The position numbers and the translations under genes were made by a program. A stretch of 61,791 nucleotides of DNA, counting the filler, from Sphacelaria rigidula (taxonomy: Eukaryota): NCBI GenBank assembly GCA_964200075.2. It is 5 parts of 5 records of this genome, joined end to end, with 100 filler letters (N's around TTAATTAATTAA, not from the genome) between each part and the next. Parts side by side here need not be neighbours in the genome. Positions count along the whole stretch, not along the records: positions 49,515 to 61,791 come from CAXNAA020003934.1; 4 more parts are not named here. The stretch is one strand, 5' to 3'. Positions 50,379 through 61,791 of the stretch are shown here, one piece after another (the stretch's first letter is position 1; every line of letters starts with the position of its first letter). The notes below the pieces were generated by a model, which had not been told where the DNA came from, did no database searches, and worked only from the letters and a program-made list of their open reading frames with translations.

Positions 50379-50569
50379 GTATTCAATTGCGAATAGACCT
50401 GCAAACTCCAAATCCGCTTCTAGGCTGGCCCAGCCCATACCACGAGTACTGTCTGTACTTGTACTGCTGTCAGGTGCAGGCCCCAATTGTTCCGTCATTT
50501 TTTCGTAACATACGTGATCATCTTTGTCATAGAATCACCGTACTAAAATTGGTATAAACATAGCCGGTA

Positions 50570-50855
50570 ACGGCAAACTCCACATAAACTGGATAAACTG
50601 GAGTCCTCATCACCAGTACCAATTAAACTCCAGTTCCAGTTGAATCGCCAGTACAAACTGGTCCAGTTCACAGCCCTACCAATTCAACGTTGACGTTACG
50701 TTTCATTTGGCGCGTTAAAAAAGTTCAACGTTATGTTAAGGTTTCATGCGAAAATTCAACGTTATGTTGACGTTGTGTTCATCTTGTAATTTGTTTTCAA
50801 CGTTCATGTTAGGTTTCGGCAAAAACGTAACGTGTAACGTTGTGGCACGTGTGAC
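50570..50855. mobile_element. Two adjacent DNA-transposon end fragments (hAT-like)
   Basis: An aaactgg/ccagtt motif cluster ends in cacagcccta (tagggctgtg on -). A caacgtt/aacgt motif cluster follows. Confidence 0.4.
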
Positions 50856-53800
50856 GTGTAGACCCCTGAAGGTAATAAAAGAAGAAGCTTTGAACTGTTT
50901 TTGAATTTATTTTTCACTGGTGGTTCTACATACGGAATTTCATAGCACAACTCTCAGAAACTGAGACGCGATATCCAGGTCTACTGCATCTAGTGCCTCT
51001 GCCTGAAATGTTGATTTCAATATAGAACCTCATGTGCGCCATATGTCGAGATAGATCACGAATTAGGTGAGGGTGAGGATATCTATCGTCTCCCCGTGTT
51101 CCAGGGAATGTCCACACCGAAAGTTGCCATCCGCTGAATGTATCGTTCGGGGTTTCATATAGATTTTAGTATGGACGCTATCGTCGTACGATATAGGAAT
51201 TACTAGACATGGGGTTTTATCAACGAAAAAATATCGGCCCAGAATTTTGAGTAGACGGGCACCTTCCCCTTGATCAGACGACTAATACGACATGCGGATC
51301 ACGGCCCAGCTCGTTTGTTTCGAAGATATGTTGCTTAGAGGGCTTCAACCCGTTTCGAGACTGGGCCAGCTCGTACACATTTTTGTTCGTTCTAGATCGA
51401 GCAGTCGTGTTCCACGGTATCAGTTGTATTGAGCCCAGAGAAAAAACCGTCCTGGGAAGAGAGGTAATCACAATCAGCACAGACAGATGGCGCAGCGGGC
51501 GCGGATCGGAGGTGGATAAATCAGCATGGTAAGAAACGAATCACGGCAAACCGCAAGCGCTTGCTACTCAAAACGTGCCCCGATCCGGGAGTTAATGACC
51601 CAATCGATATTGTGTTATCAGAGCTGGGACGCCATTCTGTGCGCACGAGTACTGCTGCTGACCATGTGTGGCGTGGAAATAGACTTGTATAACGTGCCAG
51701 TTTGTGAGTAGTAACATGCTCCGTAGGACCTCAGCAAAGTGTAAGTTAGTCAATCACCAAAATTGCCACGTCCAAACCTGAAACGGTTGTGCTCAGTTGG
51801 TGCCAAAAAAATAATCACCACTGTGGCTACTGGACTGTCAGCATGCCCATTCCGGAAGTTCTGGAACTGCCTGCAGGGGGGTGTTACCCCCTTGCTAGGT
51901 GCGCCGGCAAGGGTCCTTGGCAGATCGCACTGTTCCCCCGAGAGAAGCTTAACCCCTAGACCGTGAGCGTCGCCTTGACACATTTTCACCGACTGACAGT
52001 CCAGGGACATCCGAGGGTCTCCAGGGGGTGGGGGGCTGTTCGTGGGAAGAGCCGAAAAGCCCATCAAGTCGACCGTGTGCGTTTGGAATTTTCCACTCAA
52101 AATTCTGAGCCAGGAATGAGGGCCGAGAGGAGTGCAGTGACCATCATGAGAGCTGCGATTGGTCAGAATGGTCACTCGTTCCCCTACAGATGGACTACCT
52201 TGCAGGCTAGCCGCATTTCTCATTTTAGTCAGGACGACTCAGCCATAGATAGTATGGGCACAAACAACGTGCTTTTTATTGTGCTCGTGGTCTTTGCCGC
52301 CTGCCAGACCCGTCTTGTGTTGCCAGCATAGCTTCGGTCGGCAGCAGTGGGACATGAAGCAAATATCAGCAGCTTGCAGCAGAGCCTGTTCAGTGAAGAG
52401 AGATGACACGCTTATGATATCTTGCCGTTGTATCCAGTGAAGACATACAGCACGCATACTCTGCACGCACTTGACTACAGGGCGAAATCCGGGTAGGGGT
52501 TCTCAGGGACTTTGTTTCTATACAGGCGGGCTCAGAGTGAGTGGCCGGAATTTAGACCCCGGCGCTTGCTCACTCCGGTGTTGGGATTGAGACAATTTCA
52601 AACAAGCATAACCCCCCCCCAAATTTTGGAACAAGACCTCGAATTTGACCGGGCGTTCATAATTGTCACTCGATTTTGATCGCCCGGTCGAAATGGAGGG
52701 CCCGTTCAAAATTTGGCCATAGCTAAAATGTGGGAAATCTGTTGTTTCATATATATATATACACATTTCAGCACAAACACTCTCACACCCTCCCTCATGT
52801 GCTGCAGCCGTCCCTGTACTGTGATGTGTTTAGACCTCGCGAAGACGGTTTGGTCTTCGTCGGGAATGCCTGAGCTGTTGTGTTCCACACTGTACAAAAC
52901 AGCCGCAGTCGGCACCCAATGCTACCTTGTCAAAGTTGAAAATGCCATGATGTGTGTTGGATATTGGACCGTTCGCAATGAACAAGGCGCTTCGTGCCCT
53001 TAGCCATTATCCCTGTGCTGTAGCTGACGATGTAGTGTTGTGAATTTGAGCCGTGCGAAAAGTGTTCGATCTTCGCTTGGGATTGGGTTGCATGGACCGT
53101 TCTGTTATTGTGTTCCGGTTGGTACAAGAGTTGCAGTAGGCGCGTCGTGCTCTCTACACACTTTTGAAGACGTCATCACGGTGCGTTGGCTGCTGTGTCG
53201 TCTGCGAAACAAACAGGGTGCTTAATGCCCTTACCCATCACGTTTATGCTGTAGTTGTCACGGTATTGTCGTGCACTGAAACCCTGCGCAAACGATATGA
53301 TCTGCGCTGGGCATTGCCTGAGCTGGTGTACTGTCTCTGAGTTGCAATCTGCACAGGATTAGGATGGGAACGAAGTGCTGTCGACACGAACTTGGGAAAG
53401 TCGCGTAATGGGTGTGCAGCTATTGTGTCTCCTTCGCGTGCCGTTTGTACAGGTACACAACTTCTAGACCACGTCAACGTCATTTGTGCTACTCCAATGC
53501 TGTACCACGGGAGTGTTGTTTTGGTCTCCTTACAGAATCGCGGCAGAAAAAACCGCGTCGAAATCGGCCAATATTTTTTAGCTTCTATCCCATGAGAGTT
53601 TGTCTTAGGCCACTCCTTGTGGTGGACGAAAAACAAACCCTGTAGAAATTCTCCTGTCCGTCTTCGTCGTTGTACACCCTGAAGGGAGCTAGGCAGCGTT
53701 CGACCCCTTGGAATGACTTGATCTACTCCCTGAGATGGTTACAGGACATCTCCTTGTTTTCCGCTAGCCCCGGTGCTTTGTGGCCGAACTTGCACCGTCC

Positions 53801-54766
53801 AAGGACGGTCAAGATGGTCAAATCTGGAACTTGACCAACCTTCGACACAAGTGCTTACATGGCCAAAATTCAAACTGCGGCCACGGGAAAATGTGAGGAT
53901 ATCCTGGAACCGTCTCGATGTGTACAGCAAGTCATTCGACGCTGTCAAACTCCGCCTAGGTCTCTATCAGGGCGTCAAACGATGGAGAAGGGTTAAAAAT
54001 GCACTTTTACAGGATTTTGTATCTTGTGTACCCAAATAGTAGCCTCAGGAAGAGGAATCCAAGTAACAGCCTCAGGAAGAGGAATTATTCAAGATCGAGA
54101 TTTTTTTGTATAGATGAAAGTTTGTTGGAGCAAGGGTTGGTGAGATATGTCTCCCGTCAAGCATTGTGGAAGCAGCTGTGGAGTCACCACTTACGTTGAT
54201 GGCACAGTGTGCGGTGCAGAAACAGCACACTGCAGCTAGCACCGCTGTACAGCTGTACAGTCCGCCCAGATGTAGCACGTGGCTGCACAGAACATGCATG
54301 CATACACGACCGGCAGCAGGATACAGTACAGTGCATGCAGTACAGACGCGCAGGTTGAGCACTGTATGGTACGTGAAGGCACGGACTAGCACAGTACAGA
54401 CAGTGCATAGTCGTGATCAACAGCAGGCAATGCAGCGACCGCTGTATCGTACAACAATGGCAGCAAGTATCACGTTGGGTGCGCGCCCTCGTCCTGGTCT
54501 GGAAGCGGCCAAACGTTCTGCAGAGATATACAGAATGGTTTGGGACGGTGCTTTCCTTGAGGAAAGCTGTCGGAACATTTTATATACCCCAACATTTTTC
54601 AGAGCCCTTCTCGAGATGATAAGAAAGTGGCCTGAGCAACAAAGCTATTGAGAGAATGGACAAAAGTGTGCCAGAACTCCAACCTCAGTTTGAGGTGCAA
54701 TGAGCAACACCTACTGTGGTGGTCGGGGTTGTCGCATGGTGTTTTTACCGTAAAATAAAGGTTTTT

Positions 54767-55072
54767 GCCGCGCAACGGTGGTGTCATGGTCTGACCGTCG
54801 CCATCAGGGTAGAGAGGACGAGGGTTCGATTCCCGATGCGTTCGATTTTTTCTTCGCAATGTCTGATTTCCACCGTGGGAAGCGTGGGAACATGAGTTTA
54901 TAAATAACTCGACAGAGTTTGTTTGACGTGAGTTGACGCGGTGCGGGAGTGCTGACCCAATCCGCGAGACCAAAATGCAAAGCGTGTAACGGGGGAGAGA
55001 TGGGTTGATCCCTTGAGACCACGGACTTATTCGGAGGAAGGGGAGGGGTTCAAAGTGCGACCACAAAAAAAA
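54767..55072 (+). mobile_element. tRNA-derived SINE, family 1, full length
   Basis: A-box-like tggtgtcatgg, B box ggttcgattccc and A-tail. Colinear with 5575-5877. Confidence 0.88.
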
Positions 55073-55759
55073 CCCGGTTGATTTACCGTGTCTGCTGTAT
55101 ATGGCATTCGTGATTCACGGTACCTTGTGACGTGGTATGCGCAGTGTGCGGTGAGGAACGACACGATGTCGCAGATCGGTGGAACGGTTTTCATGGTTCG
55201 TTGGGCCCATGACCCTTGCTATCCCCCTGCACGGTACTGGAATTTGCGCATTTGTGCAGCGGCACGAGGAATTCCACACGCCATGATCCACCGCGAATAA
55301 GCTATCGCAAAAACGCTACAAGGAAACAATCCCTGCTTGTTTGGTGTTTGGTATGCCGACATTCTCAGTCTACGCGTCACGTCATCTATTTACTGGGTAC
55401 TCACGGCGTATCCATGTGTCTGTGTGGTGATACGCGTTGTGCCGTTTGTGGCATGGCGTCGATGTCCACGGTTCATGGTTTGTCGTTTCACACGATTTTT
55501 TTTCCGCCCCTTGTTGACGCGGGTCCACTTCTTCTCACGATACCCACCTGGGCTTGCGTGTCTTTCACAACAGCTCAACGCGTTGTATGCCATGATGTCG
55601 ATTCCCATCCTCGTCCATCAATCTGTGACTGTTCAGCTCTTTCGTTTGAAGGTGGCATAGCCCCTCCTTCAGCACATTATTTCCAGCAGTGTCAACGATC
55701 GCAAAACTAGGTCACTTCTGAGAAGTGATTGACCGGTTGATTGTCGCACATCTACTAAT

Positions 55760-57523
55760 CCCCGACGGACCCAGTCGTGGTCACAACATAGATGCACTCA
55801 AGGTAAATGAAACGGTAACGCTCGCTGAAGAAAAGTGGGGTAAACACAATGACAGAGCGGTCAAGCGGAGTAAACGAAACAAGAGAGAATGAAAACATAA
55901 AAAACAAGGGGGGAAAAGAAAAAAGGCAACGGGGATCGGAAATATACTTTTAAAACGAACTAAAACCACAGATGGCCGGCCCCTGCAACATGGCTTGGGG
56001 TATATATAGCCGTGCGCGAACAAAACACAAGCTTCCGTACACAATACGAAACACAAGGCCGTGGGAGCTGATTGAGGCTTAGGCATTTTATTTTAAACAA
56101 TCGTATTTGGACATAGACTCGCACCGTGAGCCATGCGGAAACAAGGCACCAATTCGCTACCGCATAAAACTGAGAAAAGAAGCAACGGGAGGGAGAGCGT
56201 GTGTGTGTGAGAGAGAGAGAGAAAGAGAGCGAAAGAAGAAGAGAGAGCGAATACAGAGAAAGAGGAGAATACGGAAGCGATGAAACTCAAAGGACAGAGT
56301 AGAGTATGTGTAAGAGCAAACTTCAGGTACACCGCAAGATCACAGACCGAAGGAAAGGTCAACAACCGAAAAAAAACGGTACATCTGTTCCAGTGTGATC
56401 CCAGCTTCCCCCACGCGATTTTTATCGGGTACGAAGGGGCGCCCTCTGTTGGCCGTTTATTTCCATCCAGGCGTCCCCGCGAGCTGTTGCTGTTGTGTCA
56501 GCGATAGGCACTACGATTGGCGGCTCTGGATGCAAGAACCTGTCATCTTTTGCGAAGGTCTGATGGGAGCTTGTATTTGCGTCGTCACATCTCCTCGAAC
56601 TCGTCCGCTGATTTCTCGATTCCGCCGTGCCATTTGCCCGTTTCTCCGCCGCGGTGATCTATTCAAGTGTCTTTCATCTCCATAATGTCGACGAACCCTT
56701 CGCATCGTGCTCCTTTGCAGATATAGATGCCATCTCTCAGCCCTACGGGTTTGGTTTCCTCTCGCGTCCATTTCCGGGCTCAGCCCTGAGAAGTCCATGT
56801 ACTCATTTCCGAGAGAAATTCGCAGCCCTGAGTGTCATTCCGGTTGCACCCCAACTAGGGCAGGGCGCCGATCGCTTGCATTTCCATCGTGTATGTTCCT
56901 TGCGAAGTCCCAACTCAAATGGTGCTGACGCCAGTGTAGTTCCATTCCCTGCGGCATACCTGCACATCAGAATCTGCGACCCCGGAGCAATCCCGTTCCC
57001 AATCATGCCACGCATTGTACTTTTTGTCTGCACGACGTGAAAAATGAACACATGGACCGCAGCGATCCAAGATTCTGTCGGTTCACAGCGCCGCACGCTC
57101 ACTGTCCGCAAGGCCCGCCGATAATCCCCGTCCCGTGTGATGTCAGTGCCGTGTGCCGTAGAGCGTCTGTTGGTGGGAATATGTCGAAGGGTCGTAGTCG
57201 TTGCAATCAGGCGTTGCTCCAAAATACGTTCCAACCCTCACCATAAGCTCAATTGAGTTGTTCCCGCACAGTCAAGGGGTTACAAATATGAGAATCTTGA
57301 CACCCCAGACGACAGGCAGGCACGCAGGGATATCGGTCTTCGAGAGAGATGGATCACTACCGACCTCCGTTATTCGGAGCTCTGTGGCTTTCCGGTCCAG
57401 GTAGCGGGAAGGGCGGCTGATGTGAGCACAGCTCCCTGTGATCATGACGCCTGGAGAGTGCCGTATGTCGGTTACAGTAGCACCCATAACTCCCCTGTTG
57501 GTGCACTGTTACCACGCCCACTG
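55760..57523 (-). mobile_element. Highly degenerate LINE (RTE-like) 3' portion
   Basis: Broken translation includes TLYG...DYRRALRT and ETGKWHGGIEKSADEFEEM*RRK, reminiscent of the post-RT region of RTE-like elements, then a T-rich UTR. Recognised by eye only. Confidence 0.45.
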
Positions 57524-57528
57524 TGGAG

Positions 57529-57854
57529 TGTTTGTAGCTTCGTGACTCCGTGAGAGGATGGGGTGCAGACTCGACTCAGATAGTCGATCAATGGACACGG
57601 ATGACTGCCGATCAAGATGAGGTAGAAATGTATATAAAGCTTCGTTGGTGAAGAGGAAAGGAAGGGGAGTGACCCCAGTAGGGTTCAAGATCTCAAGATG
57701 CGACAAGCACCACTCACGTATGTCCAGTCACTAACATCGCAATATAAAGTCATCCCGCGTAGTACCCGGAGCTCAAACAGGTATATCACTAGACTGCTGT
57801 ACCTTATCCTGACAAGGTGTATCTTACTGACCATCCCAGGCCATCCTACGAACA
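57529..57854 (-). repeat. 3' LTR (326 bp)
   Basis: tgtttgtagc...cctacgaaca; direct repeat of 60993-61342. Confidence 0.95.
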
Positions 57855-60079
57855 CCCCCCCCATTGAATGCGGGTGTCAAAAGTAAGGTTCAAGGACCAT
57901 ACTTAGTGAACAGAGCTACTCACCGAAAAAGAACTCTTCCGCTCATGGCGCATTCAACACGTGTATCCTCTCAAAAATTGAATTTCATCACAAGCGTGAA
58001 ACAACCGCAAATCCCGAAACTCGTCCCTTCTTTCAACGACCATGGGACCAGCCAAGAACCAAATACATTGGTATTCTTCTTTTCACACCAAGACAAATAA
58101 AACAGGGATACATGTGCTGTGTGTTCACCACTCTGTAGCTCCTGATGGTCAATTCACGCAGAACGCAAGTCAAATTCTGCAACTGTACCAGCCCATGCTC
58201 CTTACAATAGCGTGGGTGATAGTACTTAGCATTCGAGTAACCTGCACTACGCACGCGAGACCAAGCTCCTAGGCAATATACATGAACCCACACATCACAG
58301 TGCAGTGGACAACTTTCGAAAATTGGATCACATGTTGCAAAATCCACTTCACAGTCATCCAGCTGCATACAGTACAAGAATCAAATTAAAAAATTTCAAC
58401 TTTAGTAATCCATGCTACAGTGGTAGTGCTTACGTCAAACCAACCTAGACACTCACTACATCTACTTTACCCCTTATTCCCCGGCGACCGGCGGAGCAAA
58501 GCAGCTCAACGCCTCCAGACAAAACACACGATCAGCATCAGCCCCCCCCAATTCTTGCTATCAAAGTCTTCCCCCCCCTCCGCTTCTAGGCCACGGGGAA
58601 GGAGTGCTACATTCATCATCTTTGCCCCATAGTGGGGAGATTTGCAGCGAGGGGCTGATCTTGATCCCGGTCGGTCACCACCCTCCAAAACCATCCGTCA
58701 TGTCGTGCTCGTCTCAGCCTTACAGACAGCACCTGTGTCGGACAAAAATGGTTTTTGGAGGCTCAGCATCTCACATATCGTGCAGACCCGAGGGGGATGG
58801 GCAGTGGGACAACAGAAAGGAAAAGTATTAATATCCATGTAACTCGGGCGCGTCAATCTCCAGCCGATGAACATACTTTTACCACGTACCGTACTGTGAT
58901 ATCGCGTTACGGCAATCACGAGCGCACACCCACATATTGTACCTGGATTCGGCACAATTATTTCAACTTTTCACTTCTCGTTCACATACCACACATGGAT
59001 CAAACGGCAGTTCGGCCGCTAGCATCTTGGTTGCATGAAACAGTACACTTTGACTTTTTACATGCCGTGCCAACATGTGTAAACCTGTATGGAATTCGCC
59101 TGGCCAGCCAACCGAGCAACGACCAGCTCCCATATGGGTGATACAATACAGTCTTCTTTTATCATGCTGTGCACATGAACCGCATCTCGCACATAACGTC
59201 AGCTCTATCTATTAGCCATCAAATATGGGTCACATGCGTTTTGCTGACCTGTAGCACAGGAATTTCACTTGTGCCTACAGTCACTCTTCCGAAATTATCA
59301 TGATGAGGCCAAGCTGCTAGTATTGCGCTACTCAGTCCTTGCTCCTATCATAACAACGAAGTCCTATCAACCAGTCCAGTCAAGAAGCCGATGCCTCGCG
59401 AATCCTACACCTCTCGGAATGATAACAACTTTTTCACTTAGATGTCAAGTTTCGGAACCCACCCCAAATTTTGTGGTCTCCACCATCGTTCATCCGCATA
59501 CCCCTCTGCGGACCGTTTACCGATATCACCCTCTAGTCTAGTCAGACCATGGTGCCCCACGTACCTGGACTCACCACGGCGACGAACAAGGTTCCACCTC
59601 AACCGATCGAGTAAGGGTGTGGTGACCCACAGTCCTGCGCTCATCGGGGTGGCAACAATGTTACACATAAGCGTTGAGTTTCGGCATCCATGTCAAAACA
59701 TGTCCTCAACACTCTTCACGCACTTCACTTTGTGCAATTTTACGGACACCGTTCCTCGGTCAAGTCAAGTCGCGGTGCCCCGCTCTCCTCACACTTACAA
59801 AAACGGCAGACGATTTTTTATTCATCAATCGAGTCAAACAAGCGCGCAAAGCAAGTCTGCACTCATCGAGACAGAATATTCGTCAAACATCAACACTGAG
59901 TTTCGGTGTCCATATCCAAAATATGGTCTCAGCATCGTCCAGAGATGTCAACATCTCGATCCACCTGGGCATCAACCTTTCCTTGGGTACATGAATCGCT
60001 ATCTGCATGATGGCCACGAACACTCAAAACATATGAAACAAAGGGGTATTTGAATCATGCATAGGTCTCACGCCATCAT

Positions 60080-60946
60080 TTTTTCAAAAGGCTTCTGCGT
60101 CCGCTTCCAAACATTCCGAAGAATCGCTACTACCCGACGACCCTACTGCCATCGCTGTATCTTCTGTATTACAACCCTGGAACGAGTGTCCCTTTTTTCC
60201 CGCATCTCATACAATGTCGTTCCGGACAGTCACGCGCGAAGTGTGCTGTTTGCTTCCGGCAAATCCAACACCGCCTCTCCTCTACAGAACCATTTTCCAT
60301 GCCCATCATGTTTCGAATCCCCCGTATTTCCCGAGGTCTCTTATAAATTCGTAAATTCCTTTTTTCGACTCTCTTGCCACTTCACGGGGGTCCTGGCCAG
60401 TTTTCTGTGTCATACGGAAATATTTTCTGTCTGTCACGTGAGGCGCTTATGAAAACTGCGGCACTAACTTGTGTCAGGGAATCATAATCACGGCACAACG
60501 GCCAATCTCCCTCCCTACGGTCAAACCTCTCATCCAATCTTTCATCAACACGAGGAGAACTCTTCACGCCTAGATGAGGGTAGTAAGCCGGGGACTCCTC
60601 GTTCATACTTACTTGGGCGCATCCATCGCCCGTGGATTCTCGGAGAGGGCCTGATACAATCCCCACACCGCGTGTTGACCGGACCCTCCCCGTTCCGGCA
60701 CCGGCGACGGTGTGCCTCCCGTCGCCTGCCTCCCCCTCCCCGTCCGCCGCCGCTCCGGGGCAGGTACGATGTCCCGCGCACTAACTGGGACACCATCATC
60801 GTCTTCAGCTCCGCCAGCTGCTCGGTGATATCCGCCATCGAGTCTTGCAAGCTGGCGACGTTCTCTTTCACCTCCAGCATCTCTGTTCGAGACGATGTGT
60901 CTCCCACGACGGCCGAGTGTCTTTCCGCAGTGCTCCAGTCCGCCAT
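60080..60946 (-). pseudogene. gag: Frameshifted gag-like ORF with two CCHC zinc knuckles
   Basis: ATG at 60946 starts a coiled-coil-like MADWS...LQDSMADITEQLAELKTMM. Knuckles CWICRKQTAHFARDC and CMRCGKK-(frameshift)-GHSFQGC lie at ~60170-60270. Confidence 0.75.
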
Positions 60947-60992
60947 CGGTCCCTTGGCCACAAAGCTTCCAAGTTGGGTAGGGGCTCTAGAG

Positions 60993-61342
60993 TGTTTGTA
61001 GCTTCGTGACCCCGTGAAAGGGTGGGATGCAGACTCGACTCAGATAGTCGATCAATGGACACGACTGCGATAGTCGATCAATGGACACGGATGACTGCCG
61101 ATCAAGATGAGGTAGAAATGTTATAAAGCTTCGTTGATGAAGAGGGAAGGAAGGGGAGTGACCCCGGTAGGGTTCAAGATCTCAAGATGCGACACGCACC
61201 ACTCACGTATATCCAGCCACTAAAATCGCAGTATAAAGTCATCCCGCGTAGTCCCGGAGCTCAAACAGGTATATCACTAGACTGCTGTACCTTATCCTGA
61301 CAAGGTGTATCTTACTGACCACCCCAGGCTATCCTACGAACA
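60993..61342 (-). repeat. 5' LTR (350 bp)
   Basis: Matches the 3' LTR plus a 26-bp internal duplication involving gatagtcgatcaatggacacg. Confidence 0.95.
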
Positions 61343-61660
61343 TGGAGTGATATCTTGCAAAGGCGCATAGCAGTCCACAAAGTGCTTGATGAATCGGCGT
61401 AAGCTGGTAACTCCGCCATCATCACCCTCCTGGTATGAGCTTTAGCGCCGAACCTTTATTGTTGAGGGGTGTCACTCACGTGAACTGAGTGGCTAACCTG
61501 TGTAACCCCCGATGCTAGGCGCACGAAGCAGGGTGGCCGTTGGCGCGTCGTGTGTTGAGCAAATCTAAGAGATAACGTACGAGCGACCACGGCACCACTG
61601 CTTCCTTGGAACATTAAAACATCATCACGCGCCCTCTTTTTCAGTCATCTTGCTTCAACT

Positions 61661-61791
61661 GCCGGCCGCCCCGGTGGCTCAGTTGGTAACCTCGTAACGT
61701 TCTGATGGTTGAGTTGTGGGGTTTGATTCCCGGAGCGATCGGGGATTTTTTCTTATACCATGTTCAACAGTGGAGAGCAACTATGTCGTGG
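61661..61791 (+). mobile_element. tRNA-derived SINE head, family 2 (cut by window end)
   Basis: gccggccgccccggtggctcagttgg...ggtttgattcccg; matches 12381-12452. Confidence 0.85.

Larger units (their letters stand above)
57529..61342 (-). mobile_element. Complete non-autonomous LTR retrotransposon (3814 bp), gag-only
   Basis: TG...CA LTRs at 57529-57854 and 60993-61342. Perfect 5-bp TSD TGGAG (57524-57528, 61343-61347). PPT of G8 on - at 57855-57862. Confidence 0.95.

Noticed and set aside
61661-61735. Genuine tRNA gene (also considered at 12381, 5575, 54767, 28430)
   Set aside because: A and B boxes are present but I see no convincing cloverleaf, and the heads are multi-copy or continue into SINE bodies.

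Overview
Repeat-rich eukaryotic DNA, most likely from a brown alga (Phaeophyceae). That assignment is inferred from the GT-AG intron-rich genes and the style of the tRNA-headed SINE and LINE remnants. The window is not one locus. It is five length-sorted scaffolds (1-12280, 12381-24659, 24760-37037, 37138-49414, 49515-61791; 12280, 12279, 12278, 12277 and 12277 bp) joined by artificial 100-bp N44-TTAATTAATTAA-N44 linkers. The only confidently identified host gene is a six-exon, partial SEC-type O-GlcNAc transferase (18131-23887, +). There is also one sulfotransferase-like exon (583-794, -). The rest is mostly nested mobile DNA: a complete 3.8-kb LTR element with TSDs that shows only gag-like coding (57529-61342); a hAT-like element with subterminal repeat arrays containing a TA-flanked MITE; a foldback element with modular TIRs inserted into a SINE; at least three tRNA-derived SINE families; LINE remnants; and a decayed multi-gene cassette (42360-46780) with a spliced pseudogene and a zinc-finger-like mini-ORF between long inverted repeats. 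Most ORFs in the supplied track are spurious or antisense frames.
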